Source: a virus. From it: DNA of 64,000 bases. A program made the position numbers and the translations under genes. Under the pieces are notes generated by a model. It ran no database searches. It was not told the origin of the DNA and worked only from the letters and a program-made list of their open reading frames with translations. Below are positions 26,117 to 35,687 of this stretch, piece by piece (positions within the stretch are counted from its first letter, which is position 1; every line of letters begins with the position of its first letter). The DNA lies in the IMG/VR virus record IMGVR_UViG_3300046361_000034, positions 1 to 64,000 of that record; one strand, written 5' to 3'.

Positions 26117-28015
26117 ATGGAGAATAGAATAAATGGTTTTAGTGTAACTACTCAATTGCCTTTAGACGATAAAGTGGAAGTAAAAAATATTGCACAGATT
26201 TCTACATTAGGTCTTAATAATAATAAAGCTTTTACTTATTATAGAAATATGGTAATACGTTGTTTAGAAGAAGGAGTATCTTATAGATGGCAAGAAATTC
26301 TTAATAGTGAGCAAGGACTACTTGCTTCTGATTATACTTATCCTGTTGGAAGTATTTGTATGGGTATAGATTATTCTAACAAAGTATATAATTTTGTATT
26401 AGTTCCTCCTATATTAAATATTGTATCTAATAGTTTAATTAGTACTATCGTTGGTGATACTCAAACATTAGAATTACCACAAACATCTTCTGTACCTAGT
26501 ATATATATTAATAATAGTTACTTTCCTACTTATGATGATTGGTTGAAAGCAAATAAACTTGCTAATAATAATATTCCTATTATTGCTTTTGATTATGTAG
26601 GAGAAGGTACTTTAGCTAAACCCTTTACTAATACAATTAGATTTGTTTTAAACTCTCCTTTAACTTTACCAACTATTACTTCTGATAGTGCTATGCAAAA
26701 TGGTATAGCTTATTTTATAGGTTCTGGTACTAGATTACTACCACAAAGAAGTGGACAAAAAATTCAAATACTTTCTAGTATATTTGGTTATACTTATGCT
26801 GGAGATTTTAGTGTTAGTGATTTAGATTTAGAAATAGGAGGTTATATAATTTCTACTACTATTGGTAAATTAATTGATATGGATAACCCTGCTCATTTTA
26901 GTAATAGTAATGTAGGGTATATTGCTGCAAAACTTACTATGTTAAAAGATAGTTTATTAGAAATACAAGGAAGTGGTTTTTGGAATAGTGGTAATTCTGT
27001 TAATTCAAGTACTTATATATCTGGTAAAACTCTTTATCTTTTTGGAGAAGGTGAAATTACTAGTTTACAAACTGATATTAATAAATATCTTATTAATAGT
27101 GGTACTACTTTTTTAAATAATCAAAATGCAGGATTTTTAACTTTTGAAATTACTTGTAGATTAACAGCACCTCAACAAGGTATAGTAAAAAATGAAGGAA
27201 AATCTAAAATAGAGTTTAGAGAAAACGCTTCTATAGGAAGTGGTACATTAACTTCTCCTATTAATCCTTTATTAGAGGCTATTAAAATTACTGGAGGTTG
27301 GGTTAGAGTATTTAATTGTTTAATTTCTGTACAATCTTTTGTAGATGTATTAAATCCTGATAGAGAAAGAGCAATAACATTAGATGCAGCTACTATAGAT
27401 TTAATAGATGGTCCTTTATTTATTGCAAGAAATTGTGAATTTAGGGGTCATGCTAAAAGATTTTTTGATAGAAAAGGTATTGCTGGTCGTCTTGATATAA
27501 GTAATTGTAATACCGTTTATTTTAGTACTGATTTATTAATAAATGGAGGAGGATTAATAACTTCTACTGGAAATTCTAATATATGGGGAATTAATAGTAA
27601 TACTGAGGGAAGTGTAGTATTTAATTCTAATGTATTTGAGGGTTCAGAAATTGATACTGTTAAAATAGACTTAACATTAGGAGGGTATAGAAGTGCTTAT
27701 AATATTATTGGTAGAGATATTATAGAATCTTTAAGAATCTTTCCTGATAAACAGGCTGCTATTATTGCAGGTTTACCTATAGGTGCTGCTTTTATAGTTA
27801 GAAGAGATATTACTAGTAATATTACTTTTGCCTCTTATCCTATAGGTACTGCATTTAGAATTGCTACTCAGTCTAGTCCTATTAGAGATTTTAGTTCTGT
27901 AGGCGCACCTGATAATAATGTTAATACTCTTTTTATTAAGTCTGCAGTAAATTTAGCTGCTTGGAATCCTGCAGATGGTGCTGTTCTTCATTACGAATAT
28001 CGAGATACTATTTAA
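26117..28015 (+). CDS. tail spike/fibre protein with probable beta-helix
   Basis: N-terminal GFSV...PLDDK head, GEGTLAKPFTNTI motif, then Asn/Gly/Ile-rich repeats; no signal peptide. Confidence 0.65.
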   Translation: MENRINGFSVTTQLPLDDKVEVKNIAQISTLGLNNNKAFTYYRNMVIRCLEEGVSYRWQEILNSEQGLLASDYTYPVGSICMGIDYSNKVYNFVLVPPILNIVSNSLISTIVGDTQTLELPQTSSVPSIYINNSYFPTYDDWLKANKLANNNIPIIAFDYVGEGTLAKPFTNTIRFVLNSPLTLPTITSDSAMQNGIAYFIGSGTRLLPQRSGQKIQILSSIFGYTYAGDFSVSDLDLEIGGYIISTTIGKLIDMDNPAHFSNSNVGYIAAKLTMLKDSLLEIQGSGFWNSGNSVNSSTYISGKTLYLFGEGEITSLQTDINKYLINSGTTFLNNQNAGFLTFEITCRLTAPQQGIVKNEGKSKIEFRENASIGSGTLTSPINPLLEAIKITGGWVRVFNCLISVQSFVDVLNPDRERAITLDAATIDLIDGPLFIARNCEFRGHAKRFFDRKGIAGRLDISNCNTVYFSTDLLINGGGLITSTGNSNIWGINSNTEGSVVFNSNVFEGSEIDTVKIDLTLGGYRSAYNIIGRDIIESLRIFPDKQAAIIAGLPIGAAFIVRRDITSNITFASYPIGTAFRIATQSSPIRDFSSVGAPDNNVNTLFIKSAVNLAAWNPADGAVLHYEYRDTI

Positions 28016-28038
28016 TTTTTAATCTTTAATTTAAAATT

Positions 28039-29277
28039 ATGAAAAATATATTTAAAATCTTATTGTTGCTTTTTATAGCAACTGCTTCTGCACAAAATCC
28101 TATTAAATTTGACCAAAAATTACAATTTACTAATGTACCTACTTTTAATCCTTTAACCACTACTAAACCTGTAACAAGTTTAAGACAGTTATATATAGAT
28201 GTACTTGGTAATGTTATTAATTTACCTTATGGTAGTGGAGGTGGTACATCTACAGTACCTACTATTGCACAAGTTTTAATTTCTGGGAATGTTAGTAATC
28301 TTGGTCAATATATACAACTTAGACCTACTAATAATTTATCGTTTTCTCGTTTAGGAGGGGACTATATTTCAGTAGAAGGAAATGGTGATATACAAGGTGT
28401 TTATATATCTAAAACAGGAATAGATTTTAGAGGTACTCAATCTTTTGCTTCTACAATAAAATGTACAAATATAACACAAAGTTCTTTTTTAGAATTACCT
28501 AATACTACTGGTACTCATTCTTTACCTATTTCAGTTAATAATGTTTTTGCAGATATTAATGGTAATATTACAATTGCTGCTAGTGGTGGTACTGTTACTA
28601 GTGTTAGTGGTACAACTAATGTAATTACTGTAGCTACTGGCACAACTACTCCTGTTATTGATATATCTTCAACATATACAACTACTAGAGATGCTTATGC
28701 GGATACTAAAGTAGCAAATGACTTATCTTCTTCTACTACTGTTGCCCCTAGTAAAAGTGCTGTAAATATTGGATTAGGATTAAAAGCTGATATAAGTGGA
28801 AATCTTTCACAATTTTCTACTACTACATCAAGTGAATTAATAGGAGTATTATCTGATGAAACTGGTACTGGTACTGCCGTATTTAGTACCTCTCCTACTT
28901 TATCTAATCCTATTGTAGGTACACAAACTGTTAATGATAATTCTACTAAAGCCGCTAGTACCGCTTATGTGGACACTACTTATGCTCCTGTTACAGGACT
29001 TACATTCAATGGTACTAATATATCTTTAGATAAAATAGGAGGAAGATCTTATCTAGCTTATACACAAACTGGTACAATAACTTTTGCTGTATCAGGTACA
29101 CCAACTATATTAGGATTTGCTGTTTTGACTATTACAGCTAATGGTAGCCCAATAAACCCAGTAGGTGCATGGAAAAACATAGGTAATGATACTATTGTAA
29201 CTACAAATGGAACAGTTAATAGATTTATATTTACGCAAGTTGATGGAGAAATTTGGTATTCAGTAAAAGTTAATTAA
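28039..29277 (+). CDS. tail-fibre-like protein with N-terminal Sec signal peptide
   Basis: MKNIFKILLLLFIATASA|Q; fibre motifs GGTVTSVSG..GTTTPVI, LSDETGTG..VFSTSPTL, DNSTKAASTAYV. Confidence 0.7.
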   Translation: MKNIFKILLLLFIATASAQNPIKFDQKLQFTNVPTFNPLTTTKPVTSLRQLYIDVLGNVINLPYGSGGGTSTVPTIAQVLISGNVSNLGQYIQLRPTNNLSFSRLGGDYISVEGNGDIQGVYISKTGIDFRGTQSFASTIKCTNITQSSFLELPNTTGTHSLPISVNNVFADINGNITIAASGGTVTSVSGTTNVITVATGTTTPVIDISSTYTTTRDAYADTKVANDLSSSTTVAPSKSAVNIGLGLKADISGNLSQFSTTTSSELIGVLSDETGTGTAVFSTSPTLSNPIVGTQTVNDNSTKAASTAYVDTTYAPVTGLTFNGTNISLDKIGGRSYLAYTQTGTITFAVSGTPTILGFAVLTITANGSPINPVGAWKNIGNDTIVTTNGTVNRFIFTQVDGEIWYSVKVN

Positions 29278-29278
29278 T

Positions 29279-31141
29279 ATGAAACATATATATAAAATAT
29301 TATTATTATTTTCTATTATTAGTTATAGTCAAAAAGCTATAACTATTTCTAGTATGATGAATGGTTTTAATCCTAGTACACTATCTCCTACATTATTTAT
29401 TAATCCTTATAAAGATGCTTTTGTATCTACGGTTGATAACAATGGAACTCGACAAAGAGGGAATATCATAAATAGTGCAACTGCAACAACGGGACAAGCA
29501 CTAGCAACCGCTGGTACTTTAGGAAGTAAACCCATATATAATGGAGAAGGATGGTTTTTTGGTGATGGAGCTGAAATGATTACAGGTACTTCAGCAGATT
29601 ATAATTTTATACATACTGGTAGTGATTTTGATATTTGGGCTACTGTATTTATATGTCCTACAGCTACCTCTACATATAATAGAGTAATTCTTTGTAATAA
29701 TGGATTTTCTAATACTGATAAAGGAATTCTGTTTAGAGCATCTAATAGTGGTACTAATCGACTTGAATTTAGGGTAGGAAATGGTACAGCAGCTTTTATT
29801 AGTTTAAATGGCGCTAATAACTTAACTGTTAATACTACTAATATAATTAGAGTTACTCGTTCTGGTTCTACTGCAACTATGTTTGTTAATGGTACACAAG
29901 TTGCTACACAAACTATTTCTTTAAGTCCTGGTGTAGGTAATGCTATCGGTGTAATGAATGTTTGTCAAAGTTTGGCTGCATCTGCTAATTTTTATTTAAA
30001 AGATATAGTAGTATTTAATAGGACTTTAACAACATCAGAAGCAATATCTATGAATAGTAGACGATTTCAGTCCATTACTCCTAGTCCTATTAATGTGTAT
30101 TTATTTGCTGGAGATTCTAATGCTGCTGGTAGAGGAGTTAATGCATCTATTGCTGGTGATTTAATAGGTAATATATCAGGAACATTTGCAGAATTATTTC
30201 CTAGTTATAATTATACTTCTTGGGCAGGTAAATTACTATTAGGCACAAATCAAACTATACCTACTGAAAATCCTTCTACACAACATGGTGCTGAAATGAG
30301 ATTTGGTAAATCAATGGGGGCAGTACAAGATAATTTTATTATAAAATATGGAGTAGGTTCTAATACGGTATTTCAACGAAATGATGGAGGGTTTGCTGAT
30401 TTTAATACTAGTACAGCTATTTCGTCATATAATAGATTTACAACTGCTGTAATTCCTCAAGCACTATATGATCTAGTTCATAGTTATAGAAGAATTCCTG
30501 TATTTAGAGGATTTATTTGGATAGAGGGTGCTAATGATGCTTTATTTGGTTCACAAAGTGCTACTTGGGTTAGAGTTGGTACAACTGCTACTATAACATC
30601 AACTAATCATGGTTTAGTTACTCAATGTAAACCTGGATTTTATAGTTCATCTGATACTACTCCTATCCCTTCAGGAGATTATCAAATAACTAAAATTGAT
30701 AATAATACCTTTACAATAACTGTTGTTAATTCCGGAGCAACTTCTGGCACTATATCTTGGACTGGTGGATATAATTATAAACAAAATACTTATAATCTTA
30801 TAAATAATACAATTGATTATATTCAAAATACAACTAAAAATCAATTAACAAATGGAAATGGTTATACTGTAAATAAATTAAGATTATTTTTTCCACAAAC
30901 AACACAAGGTATAGGAGCAGGTTTAAATGCGGATTCGTTTAATCAAGTTGTTGCTAGTCAAGTAGCGATGGGTACTGATTATTTAACTGATAATCCTAGT
31001 AGAAGTTCTAATGTTGTTGGTAGTACATCACAAAGTACAACTGGTTTTCCTATGCAAGATGGTGTACATTATGCTACTGCTGGTTATGATACTTTAGGAG
31101 GAAATATTGCTACTTATTTTATACCTTTTGTTAATGAATAA
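29279..31141 (+). CDS. signal-peptide protein: LamG-like lectin domain plus SGNH (sialate O-acetylesterase-like) domain
   Basis: MKHIYKILLLFSIISYS|Q; LamG features (VTRSGSTATMFVNG, IVVFNRTLT); GDSNA, GAEMRFG, WIEGAND, DGVH. Confidence 0.78.
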   Translation: MKHIYKILLLFSIISYSQKAITISSMMNGFNPSTLSPTLFINPYKDAFVSTVDNNGTRQRGNIINSATATTGQALATAGTLGSKPIYNGEGWFFGDGAEMITGTSADYNFIHTGSDFDIWATVFICPTATSTYNRVILCNNGFSNTDKGILFRASNSGTNRLEFRVGNGTAAFISLNGANNLTVNTTNIIRVTRSGSTATMFVNGTQVATQTISLSPGVGNAIGVMNVCQSLAASANFYLKDIVVFNRTLTTSEAISMNSRRFQSITPSPINVYLFAGDSNAAGRGVNASIAGDLIGNISGTFAELFPSYNYTSWAGKLLLGTNQTIPTENPSTQHGAEMRFGKSMGAVQDNFIIKYGVGSNTVFQRNDGGFADFNTSTAISSYNRFTTAVIPQALYDLVHSYRRIPVFRGFIWIEGANDALFGSQSATWVRVGTTATITSTNHGLVTQCKPGFYSSSDTTPIPSGDYQITKIDNNTFTITVVNSGATSGTISWTGGYNYKQNTYNLINNTIDYIQNTTKNQLTNGNGYTVNKLRLFFPQTTQGIGAGLNADSFNQVVASQVAMGTDYLTDNPSRSSNVVGSTSQSTTGFPMQDGVHYATAGYDTLGGNIATYFIPFVNE

Positions 31142-31165
31142 TATTATTAATCTAAATTAAATTTT

Positions 31166-31627
31166 ATGAAAAATTTATTCGTATTTATTTTGTTTTTATG
31201 TACTTTGATTAGTACAGCTCAATTACAAGGAACTATTACTAGAATTAAAGATGGTGATACTTATGTATTAACTGATAGTATTAAACATGGTACTACTATT
31301 AGACTAGCAGGAGTTGATTGTCCTGAGAAAAAACAAGAATATGGTGATAGTGCTGCAATTTTTAGTACTAGAGCTATACTTAATAAAGAAGTTTTAGTAT
31401 ATATAGATAGAATTGATATGTATGGTAGAACAGTTGGTTTTATAATTTATGGTAAAAATAAAAGTCTTTCAAGAGAATTACTTAAACAAGGTTTAGCATG
31501 GCATTATAAAAAATATAATAAATCTAGTTATTTAGCTTCATTAGAAAGAACTGCTAAAAAAAATAAAAAAGGATTATGGAAATCTTCTAATCCTATAAAT
31601 CCTGAAGTATTTAGAACTAAAAAATAA
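31166..31627 (+). CDS. thermonuclease (SNase family) with signal peptide
   Basis: MKNLFVFILFLCTLISTA|Q; DGDT, IRLAGVDCPE, DMYGRTVG, LLKQGLAW, KKGLW. Confidence 0.92.
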   Translation: MKNLFVFILFLCTLISTAQLQGTITRIKDGDTYVLTDSIKHGTTIRLAGVDCPEKKQEYGDSAAIFSTRAILNKEVLVYIDRIDMYGRTVGFIIYGKNKSLSRELLKQGLAWHYKKYNKSSYLASLERTAKKNKKGLWKSSNPINPEVFRTKK

Positions 31628-31660
31628 CATTATTAATTAGTAACTTTAAATTTTATATAT

Positions 31661-31867
31661 ATGAAAAATGTTTTTAAAAATTGGAAAACTACTTCTGCTG
31701 GTCTTTTATTAATCTTAGGTAGTGGTTATTCTCTTGTTCATTCTGTTATGACAGGAACACTTACACAGGAAACTTTTACTTTACAAATAGGAGGAATTCT
31801 TGGAGGACTTGGTTTAATTGCTGGAGCAGATGCTACTACTCCACCTACTACTCCACCTACTACTTAA
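31661..31867 (+). CDS. holin-like small membrane protein
   Basis: 68 aa, KNWKTT then 2 TM segments; C-terminal TTPPTTPPTT from a 12-nt tandem repeat. Confidence 0.6.
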   Translation: MKNVFKNWKTTSAGLLLILGSGYSLVHSVMTGTLTQETFTLQIGGILGGLGLIAGADATTPPTTPPTT

Positions 31868-31886
31868 AATTGATTAATTATTAATT

Positions 31887-31915
31887 TAAAGGGTAACTGT
31901 AATAGTTACCCTTTA
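31887..31915 (+). terminator. intrinsic terminator-like hairpin
   Basis: TAAAGGGTAACTGT-A-ATAGTTACCCTTTA. Confidence 0.7.
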
Positions 31916-31930
31916 TTAACTTATCTCCCT

Positions 31931-32269
31931 ATGGATTATATTGCTACACTTATACCATTAATAACTGCTATAGTAGGATTTTTAATGGCACGTTTATTTA
32001 AAAAAGATGATAAATCTGATGAAGAAACACAACAGACTTTAAAAGAAGTTAAAGATTTACTTGATACTGTAAATTTAAATCTTAATACTATTAAAATTAA
32101 TTTAGAACATACTGTTCATGATACTAGAGAATTACAAAGAGAGAGTAAAACTAGTATTACTAAGGTAAATAATATTGAAAAAGAAGTAGCAATCCTTACT
32201 ACTATTAATAATAGCAGTGTTAAAAGATTGGATTTACTTCAAGATATAGTAACTAAAAGTTTAAAATAA
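31931..32269 (+). CDS. single-TM coiled-coil protein (holin/antiholin-like)
   Basis: N-terminal TM, coiled coil, directly upstream of the endolysin. Confidence 0.55.
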   Translation: MDYIATLIPLITAIVGFLMARLFKKDDKSDEETQQTLKEVKDLLDTVNLNLNTIKINLEHTVHDTRELQRESKTSITKVNNIEKEVAILTTINNSSVKRLDLLQDIVTKSLK

Positions 32270-32287
32270 TAATTAAAAAATAAAGTT

Positions 32288-32782
32288 ATGACTCCAGAAG
32301 AATTTGTAAAAACATATCTTCCTTTTGCTAAAACAGTTGAGAAGAAAACAGGATTTAGTTATCTTATACCATTAACACAAGGTGCACAAGAAAGTGGTTG
32401 GGGTAAAAAAGCAGTAGGAAATAATTTCTTTGGTATTAAAGATACTGACGGAATAAATGACAATGAACAATTAATAATTACTACTGAATTTTCTAAAAAT
32501 GGAAATTTAAAATTTCCAATTATATTAAGTAAAGTTTTTAGTGGTAAATTATTCAAATACACTATTAAAGATTACTTTAGAAAATATGATTCTGCTGAAA
32601 TTGCTTTTACAGATCATATTAATTTCTTTTTAAAAAATCCTAGATATAAAGAAGCAATAAAATATAAACAAGATCCTGATAGATTTTTTATAGAAATTGC
32701 TAAAGCTGGTTATGCAACTGACCCTAATTATGCTACTAATCTAATTGCTGTTAAGAAATCTGTATTAAGACGAATTAAATAA
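32288..32782 (+). CDS. endolysin, GH73 glucosaminidase (FlgJ-like)
   Basis: AQESGWG, NNFFGIK, TTE, FRKYDS, GYATDPNY. Confidence 0.92.
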   Translation: MTPEEFVKTYLPFAKTVEKKTGFSYLIPLTQGAQESGWGKKAVGNNFFGIKDTDGINDNEQLIITTEFSKNGNLKFPIILSKVFSGKLFKYTIKDYFRKYDSAEIAFTDHINFFLKNPRYKEAIKYKQDPDRFFIEIAKAGYATDPNYATNLIAVKKSVLRRIK

Positions 32783-32789
32783 TAAAATT

Positions 32790-33539
32790 ATGATAAACAC
32801 TAATATAAAAAGAGTTATTCAAGTAATAGTAATACTTGTTATTCTAATTTTCTTTTTTCATGCTTGTAAAAATACTATTAAACCAGCAATTATTAATGGT
32901 TTAGGAGGATATACAGATACTGAGTATAAAATACATACTGATACTTTAAAATCTACATTTGATTCTATATACTTTAAGTATGATAGTTTACAAACTGTTA
33001 TATATAGATTAGGTAAACAAAAAGTAATTACTGATTTTAAAACTCAAATAGTATATAAGGATAGAAAAGACACTAACACTAAAGTTTCTTCTAAAGGCAA
33101 TACATCTGCTTTATCCACTTTTTTGACTTCAACCGACACCATTTATGCTAGTGTTTTCGAGCAAGTCAACGCATTTTCAGATACCTTAAACGAGGGAACA
33201 GTAACAAGTTATGTTAACCCTAGCGACTGTAAAATTATCGCTCAAACCTTGTGTTATAAGCCAAAAAACCCTATACTTGTAAGAGAAACCAAAAATGTAA
33301 TTACTACTAAAGAAACTACATTAACAAATAAACCTAGAGGACTTATAGGATTTGGTGGAGCAATTGATAGTAATAAAAATTTAGGTATTTCTGGTGCATA
33401 TATGTTTCCTAATAAGTTACAAATTCAAGGAAGTTATTTATGGAATACAGAAACAAAAAATCCTGTTACTAAAGCTTATCAAAATGAAGCTTTATTTAAA
33501 GATAAAGTTGTAGCAATATCAATCATTAAATTCTTTTAA
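32790..33539 (+). CDS. membrane-anchored lysis accessory protein, candidate spanin
   Basis: N-terminal TM ending in HAC; C-terminal amphipathic beta strands ending in Phe; follows the endolysin. Confidence 0.5.
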   Translation: MINTNIKRVIQVIVILVILIFFFHACKNTIKPAIINGLGGYTDTEYKIHTDTLKSTFDSIYFKYDSLQTVIYRLGKQKVITDFKTQIVYKDRKDTNTKVSSKGNTSALSTFLTSTDTIYASVFEQVNAFSDTLNEGTVTSYVNPSDCKIIAQTLCYKPKNPILVRETKNVITTKETTLTNKPRGLIGFGGAIDSNKNLGISGAYMFPNKLQIQGSYLWNTETKNPVTKAYQNEALFKDKVVAISIIKFF

Positions 33540-33540
33540 A

Positions 33541-34263
33541 ATGACTACATTAAATCAAATAGCTGAAAATATTGCATATAAATTAGGAGATCAATTTAAT
33601 CTTACTTTACGAGAAAGTATTAAAGATACTGTAATAATTTATAGAGCTAAATTTATTCGTGATGATTTAGATAAAAACTTTTTATCTGAATCACATTTTT
33701 CACAAGTGGGGACTATACAATTTGAAGTAGTTAATTTACTTGAAGAATTTAATGCTGACTTCAGTAATATTTCAGCTATTTGTGCAAATGTAACTAAACA
33801 AGATAAATATAAAATTCTTAGAAGTAAACAATTAATTCCTACTTCTGTAAGAACTAAAGTATCTAGTAGAAACCCTTTTCTATTTCTAGGTAAAGTAGAT
33901 GGTAGTAAAAACTTTACATTTACTACATTAGATAAATATTATTATTATCAACATATTCCTTATCAAGAAAATAATATATTTTATATATATTTAAACAATA
34001 GAATATATATTATTAATAATTTAAACCTTTGTGATATTAATGAATCTTTAAATATTAGTAATGTAATGATTAAAGGAATATTTGAAAATCCTAGAGAACT
34101 TTATAATGCTTGTGTTAATAATGATACTTATATGGATGATATGCCTTTTCCTATTGGATTAGATATGTTAATGAGTATTACAAATAATATACTTAAAGGA
34201 GAATATCCTATTAAAGTAAAAGATGGTGAACAAGTAAATATACATCCTGATGATAACGAATAA
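33541..34263 (+). CDS. tail ring protein
   Basis: MTTLNQIA, YRAKFIR, IFENPRE...FPI pattern; crAss synteny before the IHF-like/tube/muzzle genes. Confidence 0.65.
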   Translation: MTTLNQIAENIAYKLGDQFNLTLRESIKDTVIIYRAKFIRDDLDKNFLSESHFSQVGTIQFEVVNLLEEFNADFSNISAICANVTKQDKYKILRSKQLIPTSVRTKVSSRNPFLFLGKVDGSKNFTFTTLDKYYYYQHIPYQENNIFYIYLNNRIYIINNLNLCDINESLNISNVMIKGIFENPRELYNACVNNDTYMDDMPFPIGLDMLMSITNNILKGEYPIKVKDGEQVNIHPDDNE

Positions 34264-35017
34264 TACAATGTATGAATTACATGAAGTTAAATTTAATATT
34301 GAGTTAGATATTATTAATAAAGAACTTAAACTTCTTGAAAGAAATAAAAAAAAGTTATTAAGTTATTTTAAACTAATTAGTTTACCTGATAATGTAAATT
34401 TTGAAAATATTGAGTTAGGTAAAGAAAAAGTAATTGATAATCCTACAAGTTCTTATGAAATATTTTATAATGCTAAACTTAAAGATTATAATTCCTCTTG
34501 TATTATTTATAATAATAAAATAGAAGTTAAAAATTTAATATTACAACATAAAATTAAACCTGTAATATTTAATTATATACTTAATAGATTTAATGAATTA
34601 CTTAGTGAAGAAATTATTTATTATAAGTATAAATTTAAAGATTTATTTCTTGGGGGTTTATTACTTATATCTAATAAAAGTCCTAGACCTAGTATTAATT
34701 GGAAAATTAGTTTAGATAATAAAAAGAAACTTATTGAAGAAGGTAAAATACCTTATCTTAAAAATGATGCTGAAGTAGCTAAACAAAATAATCAAGAATA
34801 TAATGGTATTAAATGGCTACATGAGTTTACTGGTTTTAGTTTATTTTTTCAATGGGAGTTAGAGAATAAACAATTTATAAGACTTCCTAATATTAAAAAC
34901 TTTACATTTGAGCCATATAGAGGTTCTAATAGTCCTGTAAGTAAATTGACTGAATATAAAAATACTCTTACAGAAGCACAACTTACTAACTTTAATACAG
35001 AACATTATGCTACTTAA
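34250..35017 (+). CDS. crAss-type IHF-like tail-module protein
   Basis: LGGL...INWKIS...FQW...FTFEPYR; position between ring genes. Confidence 0.55.
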   Translation: MITNNTMYELHEVKFNIELDIINKELKLLERNKKKLLSYFKLISLPDNVNFENIELGKEKVIDNPTSSYEIFYNAKLKDYNSSCIIYNNKIEVKNLILQHKIKPVIFNYILNRFNELLSEEIIYYKYKFKDLFLGGLLLISNKSPRPSINWKISLDNKKKLIEEGKIPYLKNDAEVAKQNNQEYNGIKWLHEFTGFSLFFQWELENKQFIRLPNIKNFTFEPYRGSNSPVSKLTEYKNTLTEAQLTNFNTEHYAT

Positions 35018-35684
35018 TCTAATATCCATTAAAGTTGTTATAGGTAGATTTCTTAAAGAGTATAATATAGATGATACTAATTATGTAGATGATCTTCCTC
35101 AATGGACTCGTGATGCTATTGAAATTATAGGTATTCCTAATTATTTTATTCCTAAACATACTATTAAAAAAATTGAAAGTAATAGATGTTCGTTACCTTG
35201 TGATATTGAGAACCTTTATGGTATCTGGGTAACTAATTCTACTGATAGAGCACAAACTATTACAGAGTTAGGTAAACTTGAAATTAGAAATAACCCATTA
35301 ATTGGTGCAGGAATAAAAAGAGAAACTCCTGAAAGATTTATGTATGGTAATATAAGTGGTAATTTTCTAAATACAAGTTTTTCAAGTGGTTATGTTTATA
35401 TTGCTTATAAAGGTTTACCAACAGATTGTGATGGTTATCCTATGGTTCCTAAAGATACTAAATTAAATAATGCTTTACAATATTATTTTATATGGCGTAT
35501 GGCATTATCAGGATATACTCATCCTGTAATATCTCCTAAAGATGCTTTAGCATTGTGGGAAAAAAATTATCCTGCTGCTGCTAACTCAGTTAATTGGATG
35601 GATATATCAGAATTACAAGAGTTTACTAATATGTGGACTAATCCAATATTAGGAGATTTACATACTAATAATTATATAGTATAA
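35007..35684 (+). CDS. tail tubular/ring protein
   Basis: ISIKVVI, DAIEIIG, LPCD, AYKGLPTDCDGYPMVP, ALQYY. Confidence 0.7.
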   Translation: MLLNLISIKVVIGRFLKEYNIDDTNYVDDLPQWTRDAIEIIGIPNYFIPKHTIKKIESNRCSLPCDIENLYGIWVTNSTDRAQTITELGKLEIRNNPLIGAGIKRETPERFMYGNISGNFLNTSFSSGYVYIAYKGLPTDCDGYPMVPKDTKLNNALQYYFIWRMALSGYTHPVISPKDALALWEKNYPAAANSVNWMDISELQEFTNMWTNPILGDLHTNNYIV

Positions 35685-35687
35685 GTT

